Positions 30,151 through 40,125 of a stretch of DNA of 64,000 nt are shown piece after piece; position 1 is the stretch's first letter, and every line of letters starts with the position of its first letter. Position numbers and translations under genes: made by a program. Below the pieces are notes generated by a model that searched no databases, was not told the DNA's origin, and worked only from the letters and a program-made list of their open reading frames with translations. The stretch lies in NCBI GenBank assembly GCA_034530615.2, contig JAVRCV020000073.1:32001-96000 (forward strand). Reading direction: 5' to 3'. This DNA is from Aulosira sp. ZfuVER01. GTDB taxonomy: Bacteria; Cyanobacteriota; Cyanobacteriia; Cyanobacteriales; Nostocaceae.

Positions 30151-31767
30151 ATGAACAAAGTTGAACAAGCTCAAGAACAATTTGGACTATTAGACAAAAT
30201 TACTTTAGGAGCTTTTGTTCTACAGTCAGACCACATTGTTTTATTTTGGAATAGTTGTTTAGAGCAATGGACTAAAATTCCGAGGAATAAAATTTTAGGA
30301 GTTTCGATTCTGGAATATTTTCCCCATCTCAATCAACCGCGTTACGCTAGTCGCTTAGAGCAAATTTTTCAAGGTGGTCCCCCAACAATTTTTTCTTCTC
30401 AGTTGCATAAATATGTAATTCCCATACCCTTACCGCAAGGTAAATACCGCATCCAGCACACCAATGTCACAGCCGTACCTGCATCCAACGGAGATGGATT
30501 TTATGCCCTATTCTCTATTCAAGATGTCACCGATTTAACATTCCGAGTTCAAGAATATAAAAACTTGCGAGATCAGGCTTTAGCAGAAGCACAAGAACGC
30601 CAACGTGCGCAAGAAGCAGCTGAAGCCGCGAACCGAATTAAAGATGAATTTCTCGCAATTGTTTCTCATGAACTGCGTTCTCCACTTAATCCAATTTTGG
30701 GTTGGGCAAAATTACTCAAAAAACGTTCTTTAAATGAAGCTGCAACTCTTCGCGCCGTTGAAACTATCGAACGTAATGCCGAACTTCAAGCTCAGTTAAT
30801 TGATGATTTATTAGATATATCTCGTATTCTTAGAGGCAAGCTAGCACTGAGTTTAGAAACTGTGAATTTGGCTGCGATTATTGAAGCCGCTTTAGATACA
30901 GTAAGACTAGCAGCAGAAGCCAAATCAATTGAAATTAATCTGAATTTAGATAAAAGAGTTGCACAAGTAAAAGGCGATAGTAGCCGTCTACAACAAGTTG
31001 TTTGGAATCTAGTCTCGAATGCGATTAAATTTACACCTTCAGGCGGGCGAATTGAAGTCAATTTAAAACAGATTGATTCTCAAGTGCAAATCCAAGTCAA
31101 AGATACTGGTAAGGGTATTAATCCTAATTTTTTGCCTCATGTATTTGAATATTTCCGTCAGGCAGACAGTAGTATAACTAGAAGATCGGGTGGATTAGGG
31201 TTGGGGTTAGCAATTGTCCGCCAACTTGTAGAGTTACATGGCGGTAGAGTTTGGGCAGAAAGTCCCGGAGAAGAAAAAGGTGCGACATTTACAGTTGCTT
31301 TCCCAGCACTGCAAAAGTCTTTGTCATTAGCCGAGAAAGATAGAAACTTATATGATGATTCCTATTCATTTTCTATGCTCTACGCTCCTCTAGAAGGAGT
31401 CAAAGTGTTGGTTGTAGATGATGATGTCGATACCAGGGAGTTTCTCGCCTTTTTGTTAGAACAGCAAGGTGCAATCGTCACAATTGCCGCATCAGCTCAT
31501 GAAGCACTCGCGGCGATCGCGCAATCAAAGCCAGATTTATTGTTAAGCGATCTAGGTATGCCCGAAGTAGATGGCTACGCCTTGATCCGTAAACTCCGCG
31601 CCATGTCAGTCGATCAAGGCGGACAAATTCCTGCGATCGCCTTGACTGCTTACGCCGCAGAAACAACACAGCAACAAGTATTTGCAGCTGGATTTCAACT
31701 GCATATTGCCAAACCCGCCGATCCCTCAAAATTGATAACTGCGATCGCTTCACTTGTTAAAGGATAA
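30151..31767 (+). CDS. PAS-domain hybrid histidine kinase
   Basis: PAS-like N-terminus, SHELRSPL H-box, NLVSNAIKF, GGLGLGL, C-terminal receiver. Confidence 0.93.
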   Translation: MNKVEQAQEQFGLLDKITLGAFVLQSDHIVLFWNSCLEQWTKIPRNKILGVSILEYFPHLNQPRYASRLEQIFQGGPPTIFSSQLHKYVIPIPLPQGKYRIQHTNVTAVPASNGDGFYALFSIQDVTDLTFRVQEYKNLRDQALAEAQERQRAQEAAEAANRIKDEFLAIVSHELRSPLNPILGWAKLLKKRSLNEAATLRAVETIERNAELQAQLIDDLLDISRILRGKLALSLETVNLAAIIEAALDTVRLAAEAKSIEINLNLDKRVAQVKGDSSRLQQVVWNLVSNAIKFTPSGGRIEVNLKQIDSQVQIQVKDTGKGINPNFLPHVFEYFRQADSSITRRSGGLGLGLAIVRQLVELHGGRVWAESPGEEKGATFTVAFPALQKSLSLAEKDRNLYDDSYSFSMLYAPLEGVKVLVVDDDVDTREFLAFLLEQQGAIVTIAASAHEALAAIAQSKPDLLLSDLGMPEVDGYALIRKLRAMSVDQGGQIPAIALTAYAAETTQQQVFAAGFQLHIAKPADPSKLITAIASLVKG

Positions 31768-31846
31768 ATTCACAGCAAAAACTTAAACCAACACTCCGCG
31801 TACCTTTGCGTTTAAAAATAAAGAAAAGAACCACAGATAAACACAG

Positions 31847-32986
31847 ATGCACACAGCCCAGAAAATCATCATAGTTGGGGGAGGTATTGGCGGCGCAGCA
31901 ACAGCCTTTGCCCTTAATCGTGCTGGCTTTGATGTCACTGTTTACGAACGCACCTCACAGTTGCGAGAAGTGGGTGCAGGAATTGCGCTGTGGGCAAATG
32001 CTACCCATGTCCTAAAAAGTTTCGGCTTGTTAGAAGATGCGATTCGTGTAGGTAATCCCCTCACAAATTATCAATTTAATTCGCAAAGCGGGAAAGAATT
32101 AGTCAACATAGCTGTTAATGGATTCGATCTACCAGTCCTGGGAATCCATCGTGCTGATTTACACGCACTACTTTGGAGTAATGTACCAAGAGAAAAGTTT
32201 GTTTTAGGGCAGCTTTTTGAGCGATTTGAGCAAGCAGGAGATAAAATTCAAGCTTATTTCGCCTCTGGCTTAACGGTTGATGGCGATGCTTTGATTGGTG
32301 CTGATGGTCTAAAATCGCGGGTACGAGCAGTATTATTTAGTGACAACCCACCCATTTATCGCAACTTTACCACCTGGCGCGGTCTAACTGATTACATTCC
32401 CAGCGGATTCAATTCCAGCTATATCAAAGAGTTTTTTGGTTCAGGTAAAGCCTTTGGATTTATGATGCTGGGCAAAAATCGGATGTATTGGTACGCAGCA
32501 GCTAAAGCACCAGAAGCACAACCTGACTCAGCACTGGGACGCAAAAGAGAACTTGAGCAAATGTTTCAAGACTGGTTCCCCTCGATTCCAGAATTGATTG
32601 CGGCGACAGATGAAGCCAATATTCTCAAAACAGATCTCTACGATCGCATCCCATCTCGCCCTTGGGGAAAGCAAAACGTTACACTACTAGGAGATGCTGC
32701 TCACCCCATGCTACCAACCTTAGGACAAGGAGCGTGCATGGCATTAGAAGATGCACTTATAATTACCAAGTGTTTACAAGCCCAATCAGATCCCACATCA
32801 GCCTTTCAACAATACGAGTCACAACGATTTAGCCGTACAAAATCGATTGTCGAACAGTCCTTGCGATCGGGAAAAATGGGAGAATTAGAAAATCCTTATG
32901 CTGTAGCTTTACGCAACACATTTATGAAGCTCATGGGAGCAGCAATTAACAACAGCTTTCACTCAATTCACGCCTACAGAGCTTAA
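31847..32986 (+). CDS. FAD-dependent monooxygenase
   Basis: GGGIGG, DALIGADG, LLGDAAHPMLPTLGQGACMALED. Confidence 0.92.
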   Translation: MHTAQKIIIVGGGIGGAATAFALNRAGFDVTVYERTSQLREVGAGIALWANATHVLKSFGLLEDAIRVGNPLTNYQFNSQSGKELVNIAVNGFDLPVLGIHRADLHALLWSNVPREKFVLGQLFERFEQAGDKIQAYFASGLTVDGDALIGADGLKSRVRAVLFSDNPPIYRNFTTWRGLTDYIPSGFNSSYIKEFFGSGKAFGFMMLGKNRMYWYAAAKAPEAQPDSALGRKRELEQMFQDWFPSIPELIAATDEANILKTDLYDRIPSRPWGKQNVTLLGDAAHPMLPTLGQGACMALEDALIITKCLQAQSDPTSAFQQYESQRFSRTKSIVEQSLRSGKMGELENPYAVALRNTFMKLMGAAINNSFHSIHAYRA

Positions 32987-33012
32987 TTTTAACTCTTCTT
33001 AATTTATCGTAC

Positions 33013-33348
33013 TCATCCTACAAACGAGCGATCGTGCTGAAGCGGATGGGATTGGGTAAATTCTTCAAATAGCTTGAAAAAGCTATCCAAAGCGTTGCGT
33101 TCGTCTTCGGAGTAAAACAGAATTATTTTGTCCCAAGATTGCGATGAAGAGATGTGAAATTTGCTTTGAATCCAAGTTTGAAATTCTGTAAATTGACGTT
33201 CTTCGTCGTTTTGAGAAATACCAAGTTCGCGACGGGCTAGAATATAGCCAGAAATACAGGAACGTAGGTTACACACAGAAGGTTTACCAAGATACAAAGA
33301 AGGACGTTTTTGGATTTTGCCAATTAGATCGTACAGACTACTCATCAT
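33013..33348 (-). CDS. Hypothetical protein, candidate toxin-immunity protein
   Basis: Intact 111-aa ORF (KRPSLYLG...FQTWIQ...SWDKII) directly downstream of a papain-fold toxin remnant. Confidence 0.65.
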   Translation of the reverse strand: MMSSLYDLIGKIQKRPSLYLGKPSVCNLRSCISGYILARRELGISQNDEERQFTEFQTWIQSKFHISSSQSWDKIILFYSEDERNALDSFFKLFEEFTQSHPLQHDRSFVG

Positions 33349-33359
33349 ATATCTCCTGG

Positions 33360-33640
33360 TTAAAAATCTGTTTCTGTAATCTGAATGTCCCCTCCGATGT
33401 CTTTAGCAGCACAGTAGAGGTTGTTAAGCCAAACTTGTCTTTGAACTCCTTGCGGATGAATGTTGTCAAATATTAGCTCTTCTTGTGCTATTTCAACTGC
33501 GATCGCCTCATGTATGCCATTTGTAGAAATATGTTGCTGAAGGCTCTCGTGATAGATGTTGCAGTAGGGTTTTTCGTTGCTGCCTGTGAATAATTGTAGC
33601 CGTTTTCCCGCAATCCCCTTTCAAGTAAGAATGTTTGGAT
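33360..33640 (-). pseudogene. Truncated, frameshifted papain-fold toxin (Tox-PL-2-like) remnant
   Basis: Manual translation: IQTFLLER/(frameshift)GIAGKRLQL...ISTNGIHEAIAV...IFDNIHPQGV...WL...ETDF*; N-terminal Cys region missing. Confidence 0.7.
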
Positions 33641-33641
33641 T

Positions 33642-33743
33642 CAGAACAATATTTTCTTTAGGAATTCCCGCAGCAGCTAGTTCATTGGCGATCCCATCAT
33701 CAGTTCCATCTTGCTGTATCCAGAGTTTACAATTAGAGATGAT
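33642..33743 (-). pseudogene. xisI: XisI-family C-terminal fragment
   Basis: Manual translation KLWIQQDGTDDGIANELAAAGIPKENIVL; no start codon, upstream stop. Confidence 0.75.
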
Positions 33744-33838
33744 TTATAAAGTAAATCTTAAATTGTCGGGTACAAATTCGGGATGATCCCGATTACTCAC
33801 TGTCTTTGACCTATTTCTATCTAACTCAAATAATAAGA

Positions 33839-33868
33839 ATTAATGCTAATTTAATTTCGTCTTAAATT
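33839..33868 (+). promoter_or_regulatory. Putative Pho box (SphR/PhoB site)
   Basis: ATTAATGC-N3-TTTAATTT-N3-CTTAAATT, TTAA cores at 11-bp spacing, upstream of a phosphatase; region is AT-rich so chance match possible. Confidence 0.5.
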
Positions 33869-33985
33869 TAACAATTTATTTTACAGGGATTGCTCTGCTT
33901 CAGAAAAAAGAAGCGAGATTAGTAACAAATCAAAACTGGTAACGTAACTTAGTTGCTCCTTACTTAAAAAGGGGCTAATTGTCTG

Positions 33986-34873
33986 TTGAGAAAGTTGAGA
34001 AAACGATCGTATATGTTGAGAACAATTAGATATCCTTGGCAATGGGTTGGCAGAATTAGTAATGGACTAGCGGTATTAACGAGCATTGCTATAAGCAGCC
34101 AAGCAGCGTTAGCAGCTACAGTGCCGACTTTCGATCACATCGTCATCGTCATTGAAGAAAACCACGGCTATTCACAAATTATCGGTTCGAGTAGCGCTCC
34201 ATATATCAATTCACTAGCAACCCAAGGCGCTCTGTTCACAAATTCCCACGGTGTGACTCACCCAAGTCAACCCAACTACTTAGCCTTGTTTAGTGGCTCT
34301 ACACAAGGTGTGACAAATGACAATTGTCCATTAACATTTAGCGGAGCTAATCTCTCTACCCAGTTATCAGGTATTGCCAAGACTTTTATAGGTTATTCGG
34401 AGAGTATGCCCAGTGCAGGTTATACAGGTTGTTCTTACAATAGTTTGTACTATCGCAAGCACAACCCTTGGGTTGATTTCACTAATGTTGTTAGTTCTTT
34501 AAATCAACCATTTACAAGTTTTCCGACAACATTTGCTAATCTGCCTACTGTCTCAGTTGTGGTTCCTAACCAACAAAATGATATGCACGATGGCACAATT
34601 CAAAAAGGTGATACCTGGCTGAAAAATAATCTGGATGCCTATGTACAATGGGCTAAAACTCACAATAGTTTATTGATTCTGACCTTTGATGAAGATAATG
34701 GAACAAGCGGCAATAAGATTGCTACTATCTTTGTTGGCGCTCATGTTAAACAAGGGCAATATAGTGAAAATATCAATCACTACAATGTGTTGCGCACTAT
34801 TGAAGCAAGCTATGGATTACCTGGCTTGAATAATGCTGCTAATGCAACCCCAATTACTGATACTTGGCAATAA
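33986..34873 (+). CDS. Secreted acid phosphatase / phosphoesterase family protein
   Basis: DHIVIVIEENH, HPSQPNYLAL, RKHNPW, NDMHDG, TFDE; signal peptide; start may be 34013. Confidence 0.9.
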   Translation: MRKLRKRSYMLRTIRYPWQWVGRISNGLAVLTSIAISSQAALAATVPTFDHIVIVIEENHGYSQIIGSSSAPYINSLATQGALFTNSHGVTHPSQPNYLALFSGSTQGVTNDNCPLTFSGANLSTQLSGIAKTFIGYSESMPSAGYTGCSYNSLYYRKHNPWVDFTNVVSSLNQPFTSFPTTFANLPTVSVVVPNQQNDMHDGTIQKGDTWLKNNLDAYVQWAKTHNSLLILTFDEDNGTSGNKIATIFVGAHVKQGQYSENINHYNVLRTIEASYGLPGLNNAANATPITDTWQ

Positions 34874-35017
34874 ATAACTTTTTCGCTCTTGTGTGGGTTT
34901 CTGGGGAAAAGCGATCTGAAATTAAAATTTCAAATTGGGTTAGGTTATGCGATCGCAAGCAATCCCCAGAACCGCTAACAACTACAACAGTAAGGTTGCA
35001 CAGAAGTTACCCCTCGC

Positions 35018-35722
35018 CTATAACCTAGTTTTACTCGGAATCACAATCATCGCAAAATAAGGCACCTCCTCCGGAACAACTTCATCCAATGCTACAATCC
35101 TTTGCTGTGCCATCGTTGCCCGTTCAATATACAGCGCCCGCGATGCTAACCCTAATTGATGGAGAATATCACGCACTTTGGTAAAGTGACGACCCAATTT
35201 CATGATTGCGGCTGCATCGGTGGTTAATAGTTGTGAGATTAGTTCTTCAGCTGGTAAAGGCGCAGGCAAAACGGTGAGAATATCGTTGTAATAGGTAAAC
35301 GGTACACCCAAAGCAACCGGACAAGCCATCAAGGAAGAGACTCCAGGGACAACTTCTGTTTCATACTTCTCAGATAAGCGTGTGAACACATACATAAACG
35401 AGCCGTAAAAAAACGGATCGCCCTCACAAACTACTACCACATCTCGCCCTGCTTCTAGATGTGCAGCAATCGGTTCAACTTCTTTGTCATAAATTGATTG
35501 TGCTTTTTCTGGCTCCAAAGCACGGGGGAGGTGATAAAGTACCTCGATTTGATTGCCGGAAAGATATGGCGCGATAATTTTTCTAGCAATACTTTCTTTA
35601 TCGGTTGCCGATTGATAGGCGACTACAGGCGCAGCTTGCAGGAGCCGTAGCGCTTTTAGAGTCAAAAGTTCGGGATCGCCAGGGCCTATACCAACTCCAT
35701 ATAGACGACCTTTGGTTGTCAT
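35018..35722 (-). CDS. cobI: Precorrin-2 C20-methyltransferase
   Basis: GVGIGPGDPELLTLKA, CEGDPFFYGSF, IMKLGRH. Confidence 0.93.
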   Translation of the reverse strand: MTTKGRLYGVGIGPGDPELLTLKALRLLQAAPVVAYQSATDKESIARKIIAPYLSGNQIEVLYHLPRALEPEKAQSIYDKEVEPIAAHLEAGRDVVVVCEGDPFFYGSFMYVFTRLSEKYETEVVPGVSSLMACPVALGVPFTYYNDILTVLPAPLPAEELISQLLTTDAAAIMKLGRHFTKVRDILHQLGLASRALYIERATMAQQRIVALDEVVPEEVPYFAMIVIPSKTRL

Positions 35723-35724
35723 GA

Positions 35725-36351
35725 TTATTCTTCCTCTGTTGCTAAGGCGTTAACTGCGGCGGCGGCGATCGCACTTCCGCCACGCCGACCATGTAATGTT
35801 AAAAATGGTACATTGCGGCTATCTGCTGCTAATGCGGCTTTCGACTCGGCTGCACCAACAAACCCAACGGGAAAACCTAAGATAACCGCAGGTTTGGGGC
35901 AACCCTCATCTAGCATTTCCAGCAGCCGAAATAGGGCGGTGGGTGCATTCCCAATTGCTACCACTGCCCCCTCGAGATGCGATCGCCATAATTCTAAGGC
36001 AGCTGCCGATCTGGTAGTACCCATTTTTTCAGCCAGTTCTGGTACTTGTGGATCGTTGAGAGTACAGATTACTTGGTTATTTGCAGATAATCGCCGCCTT
36101 GTAACACCTTCAGCCACCATCCGGCAATCACAGAGAATTGGTGCGCCATCTGCCAATGCTGCTCGTCCAGACTGCACCGCTGTGGGTGAATATCCCACAT
36201 CAGAGACAATATCCGTCATTCCACAGGCATGAATTAGCCGAACTGCAACTTTTGCTACATCTGGCGGTAATATTTCTAGATTTGCTTCCGACCGAATGAT
36301 TGCGAAAGAATTACGGTAGATTTCCTTGGCATCTTGGATATAATCAGGCAT
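35725..36351 (-). CDS. cobH: Precorrin-8X methylmutase
   Basis: RLIHACG, TRSAAA, IGNAPTAL, PVGFVGAAESK, RRGGSAIAAAAVN. Confidence 0.95.
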   Translation of the reverse strand: MPDYIQDAKEIYRNSFAIIRSEANLEILPPDVAKVAVRLIHACGMTDIVSDVGYSPTAVQSGRAALADGAPILCDCRMVAEGVTRRRLSANNQVICTLNDPQVPELAEKMGTTRSAAALELWRSHLEGAVVAIGNAPTALFRLLEMLDEGCPKPAVILGFPVGFVGAAESKAALAADSRNVPFLTLHGRRGGSAIAAAAVNALATEEE

Positions 36352-36392
36352 TCAATTTTGGATTTTAAATTTTAGATTTATTTAGTAAATAG

Positions 36393-37871
36393 CTATCGGG
36401 GTAGGTTCGTAGTCAGAACATGAGAGCGATCGCATAATTGTTTTAATTGAGTCATTTCATATCGATTCACAAATTCCTTAAAAGTCTCATGAGAGTTCAG
36501 GCGTTGGGTTTTATATACTAGCAGCATCCGTTCTATCAATGCTGGCAATTTCCCAACAGTTACAAATTGATATTCACGACCAAATTTTTGTTCTTGGTCA
36601 TCAACACCTAAATAAACCCGATAACCTTCTACCTTTCCATTGTCCTCCTCCAAGTTGACACCGAGAAGGGTAATATCACTTTTGCTATGCTGGGCACAAG
36701 ATTTATCGCAGCCGCTAAAGTGGAGATTCACAGGGCTATCTAAAGCAACGCGAGTTTTGAGATATTCTGCTAATGCTAAAGCATCCCTTTTGGTGTCAGT
36801 AGCAGAAGCAGCACATCCCCGTTTGCCAGAACAAGCAACTAATGCGCTATTAATATTGCTAACTGAACAATCTAATCCCAAGGCAGAAATTTCACTTTGG
36901 ACATCAGCAACCCATTTTTGGGGAATATCTGTCAGTAGTATATTTTGCCAAGGAGTGAGCCTGAGAGTACCACTACCGTATTTTTCTGCTAACTCAGCCA
37001 GCCCCAATATCTGCTTTGTTTCTAAACGCCCCAAAGACAAAACAACGCCAAGATAAAATAAACTCGGCTGACGCTGGGGATGAATGCCGATATAGCGATC
37101 ATTAGTCGCAGTTCTCTCGATAATTTCCTGTTTTTGCTGGAGAGAAGGTAAAGTAAAAGGTAGACGCTGCTGGACTTCTTGAAGATAATTTTCACAGCCC
37201 AAACTATTCACTACCTCTCGCAAACGTAGCTTGTGTTTACTACTAGTATCAATATTAGCTAAGTAGACATCAGCCAAAGCTGCCAAGGCTGGTAAGCAAT
37301 TCTCTACTGACAATAAAATTCCTGTATCTTCGGCTGGTTTACCCTTTGCACCAGCACTCACATAAAGCCGGAAGTAAACATTACCATCAACTAACACAGC
37401 AGCAAAGACGATATCATTGATGCGATCGCTTACCGAAACAATCCCACCACCATCAAAGCAAACGCTAAATTTGGCTGATAGTGCTGATAGTTGAGAATTG
37501 GCTGTGATGTAATTATCCCAAGCTTGGACAAAGGGACGGGTATCTACTAATTCTTGGGGATCGATACCAGCAGTTGGGCTGGTCATAATATTGCGGATTT
37601 GGTCTACAGCAGTGTTACTAGAACCCAAACCCAAATCCTGTAAGCGCTTTAGCACCTCAGCATTAATTCCCTGATGAATTTCGCGAATTTGTAGGTTAGC
37701 CCGATTAGTTACATCAACATAACCACCGCCGTACTCTTGGGCTATATCTGCGATCGCGCGGCACTGCTTGCTATTTAAAATCCCACCTGGTATTCTAATG
37801 CGGGACAATATACCATCTTGGGCAGGTGTGGCGTAAAACAAGCCTGGACATTTGGTAAATCCGGACGACAA
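36393..37871 (-). CDS. cobG: Precorrin-3B synthase (nitrite/sulfite reductase fold)
   Basis: CPGLF...DGILSRIRIPGG, TNRANLQIR, ACSGKRGC, HFSGCDKSCA. Start set at TTG 37871 after AAGGAG; the longer ORF overlaps the riboswitch. Confidence 0.88.
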   Translation of the reverse strand: MSSGFTKCPGLFYATPAQDGILSRIRIPGGILNSKQCRAIADIAQEYGGGYVDVTNRANLQIREIHQGINAEVLKRLQDLGLGSSNTAVDQIRNIMTSPTAGIDPQELVDTRPFVQAWDNYITANSQLSALSAKFSVCFDGGGIVSVSDRINDIVFAAVLVDGNVYFRLYVSAGAKGKPAEDTGILLSVENCLPALAALADVYLANIDTSSKHKLRLREVVNSLGCENYLQEVQQRLPFTLPSLQQKQEIIERTATNDRYIGIHPQRQPSLFYLGVVLSLGRLETKQILGLAELAEKYGSGTLRLTPWQNILLTDIPQKWVADVQSEISALGLDCSVSNINSALVACSGKRGCAASATDTKRDALALAEYLKTRVALDSPVNLHFSGCDKSCAQHSKSDITLLGVNLEEDNGKVEGYRVYLGVDDQEQKFGREYQFVTVGKLPALIERMLLVYKTQRLNSHETFKEFVNRYEMTQLKQLCDRSHVLTTNLPR

Positions 37872-37929
37872 AACAAGAACTCCTTCCCCGTGCAACGCAG
37901 AGAGTAGAAAATATGTGCCTCTTAAGGAC

Positions 37930-38012
37930 AGCCTGAGAGTTGGCATTCTGACTTACTTTACAGCTGCGGCACAGTCCCGGAATTTCACCGGAGTTTCCCA
38001 ACTCTAAGCTTT
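37930..38012 (-). ncRNA. Cobalamin riboswitch (compact) upstream of cobG
   Basis: - strand GGGAAACTCCGGTGAAATTCCGGGACTGTGCCGCAGCTGT...AAGTCAGAATGCC (B12 box), closed by AGAGTTGG/CCAACTCT. Confidence 0.85.
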
Positions 38013-38110
38013 AGTAATTTAGCATGAGAAGCTTGTAAGAATTCTCGATGCTTCATAATTTTCATCAGCTGATAACATTTCCTTAATTGAGCTAGAAATC
38101 GAAAACTTCA

Positions 38111-39343
38111 TTGATAGACTCACATAAATGGCTGGCTATAGTTGGGATTGGTGAAGATGGGTTACAAGGGTTAAGTGCGATCGCCCGTTCCCTAATAGAT
38201 CGAGCTGAAGTTATAGTAGGAGGCGATCGTCATTTGGCAATGCTTCCTACCGACGACCAACGCCCAAGAATTGCCTGGACTTCCCCAATTAGCGCCTCAG
38301 TAGCCGAAATTATCCAACGTCGCGGTCAATCTGTATGCGTACTAGCTAGCGGCGATCCTATGTGTTACGGCATTGGTGTGACATTAACCAAGCAAATCCC
38401 CATTTCCGAAATCACAATTATTCCTGCACCTTCAGCCTTCAGTCTCGCCTGTGCCAGACTGGGGTGGTCATTAACAGAAGTAGAAACCCTGAGCTTGTGC
38501 GGTCGTCCATCTTCCCTCATTCAGTCTTACATTTATCCTGGGGCGCGGCTACTGATTTTGAGTGAAGGCAAAGACACACCCGCAATTGTGGCAGAAATTT
38601 TGACACAACGGGGTTACGGTGACAGCAAAATCACAGTTTTAGAACGAATGGGTAGCACTCATGAACGCATAATTGAGGGTAAGGCCGCAACTTGGAATGA
38701 AACAGACATTGCTGCTTTAAATGCGATCGCAGTTGAATGTCTTGCCGATCCTGGCGTCGTATCTTTACCCAGAACACCAGGATTGCCAGATAACGCTTAT
38801 CACCATGATGGACAGTTAACTAAACATGAAGTTAGAGCGATAACCCTAGCTACTCTAGCACCAACCCCAGGACAACTTTTATGGGATGTCGGCGCAGGCT
38901 GTGGTTCAATTTCTATAGAATGGATGCGGACTCATCCGAGATGTAGAGCGATCGCTATTGAACAAAACTCATCGAGACTGCGATATATTGCTGATAATGC
39001 TGCTGCTTTAGGTGTACCCAATCTGCAAATTATTCAGGGTAAAGCACCAAATGCCCTCAAAGATTTACCCCAACCTGATGCTATTTTCATAGGTGGTGGC
39101 GTCACAGCAGCTGGCTTATTTGATATTTGTTGGTCAGCACTCAAGCCTGGTGGACGCTTAGTAGCAAATGTTGTCACTATTGAGGGCGAACAAACCTTAT
39201 TTAAATGGTATGAACAAGTTGGTGCCAATTTCACCCGCATTGCCATTCAACGTGCCGAACCCATTGGTAAATTTTTAGGCTGGCGAGGAATGGCACCTGT
39301 TACACAGTGGGTAGCCGTAAAATCTTCAGACACACATCAATAA
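38111..39343 (+). CDS. cobL: Bifunctional precorrin-6Y C5,15-methyltransferase (CbiE-CbiT)
   Basis: VGIGEDG, LASGDPMCYG, GQLTKHEVRA, WDVGAGCGSISIE, PDAIFIGGG. Confidence 0.93.
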   Translation: MIDSHKWLAIVGIGEDGLQGLSAIARSLIDRAEVIVGGDRHLAMLPTDDQRPRIAWTSPISASVAEIIQRRGQSVCVLASGDPMCYGIGVTLTKQIPISEITIIPAPSAFSLACARLGWSLTEVETLSLCGRPSSLIQSYIYPGARLLILSEGKDTPAIVAEILTQRGYGDSKITVLERMGSTHERIIEGKAATWNETDIAALNAIAVECLADPGVVSLPRTPGLPDNAYHHDGQLTKHEVRAITLATLAPTPGQLLWDVGAGCGSISIEWMRTHPRCRAIAIEQNSSRLRYIADNAAALGVPNLQIIQGKAPNALKDLPQPDAIFIGGGVTAAGLFDICWSALKPGGRLVANVVTIEGEQTLFKWYEQVGANFTRIAIQRAEPIGKFLGWRGMAPVTQWVAVKSSDTHQ

Positions 39344-39393
39344 TTTATTTCAAAATAAACCTCTTAAATCCATCATGTTTTATCGGCGGTTTA

Positions 39394-40095
39394 TTATTTA
39401 TTGTTGATAGTTTTTACAAACTCTGTATGTTCTGGCGAATTTAATCCTGCTTGCAATACCGCCATAACCTTCGACATATCGCCTGTAAGCAAAGCTGGAA
39501 CTGCTAACCATAAACCCGGCATTACTTGACTTTGCAAAATTCCCTCTGCATTTGGTTCTAAAGGCACATATTCACTTTCGCTTAATCGGAACCAATCAAC
39601 CCGATTTTCTAATATTTGCCAAACCAGATATTCTTGAATTCCATTACGCCGATAAGCCTTTTTTTTATCGTGCAAATCATAAGCTGCACTACTAGCAGCA
39701 ATTTCTACAACTAACTCTGGCGCACCTTCAATGTAGTCATCTTCTGTTAACCGCGACTGTCCACCCAAGCTTTGATCAATCAACAAAACTGCGTCTGGTT
39801 GTGGTTCATTATCTTGATCTAGCCTGACTGTTGGTTCAATTCCTAACTTGACACCAGGAGTTGCAATTTGATAAGTTCCCAACCAAATAATTATTTTTCC
39901 ATGTGGTTCTGCATGACGTTGAAAACGTAGAGGTGATGCCAAGTAGACGACTCCTTCAATTAATTCAGCTTTCTGATGTTCAGCCATAGCTTGATAGCGA
40001 CGCTCAAATTCATGGCGAGATAATCTATCACCGCTTTCCAAAGGAGGAATTAAAGCTGGAGTTTCGTTAATGTGTGGTTGCCGTTGTGTCACCAT
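39394..40095 (-). CDS. Uma2-family endonuclease-fold protein
   Basis: AELIEGVV, EPQPDA, PELVVEIA, DLHDKKKAY..GIQEYLVW. Confidence 0.92.
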   Translation of the reverse strand: MVTQRQPHINETPALIPPLESGDRLSRHEFERRYQAMAEHQKAELIEGVVYLASPLRFQRHAEPHGKIIIWLGTYQIATPGVKLGIEPTVRLDQDNEPQPDAVLLIDQSLGGQSRLTEDDYIEGAPELVVEIAASSAAYDLHDKKKAYRRNGIQEYLVWQILENRVDWFRLSESEYVPLEPNAEGILQSQVMPGLWLAVPALLTGDMSKVMAVLQAGLNSPEHTEFVKTINNK

Positions 40096-40125
40096 TTAGC
40101 ATCCCTCCAGATATTGTTAATACTT

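Noticed and set aside
37872..37946. N-terminal extension of cobG in the ORF track
   Set aside because: Overlaps the riboswitch; a better RBS and TTG start exist at 37871
39394..40095. Uma2 nuclease, AAA ATPase or the R-M fusion as effectors for the CRISPR array
   Set aside because: 10 kb or more from the array, common multi-copy or stand-alone families, no Cas motifs
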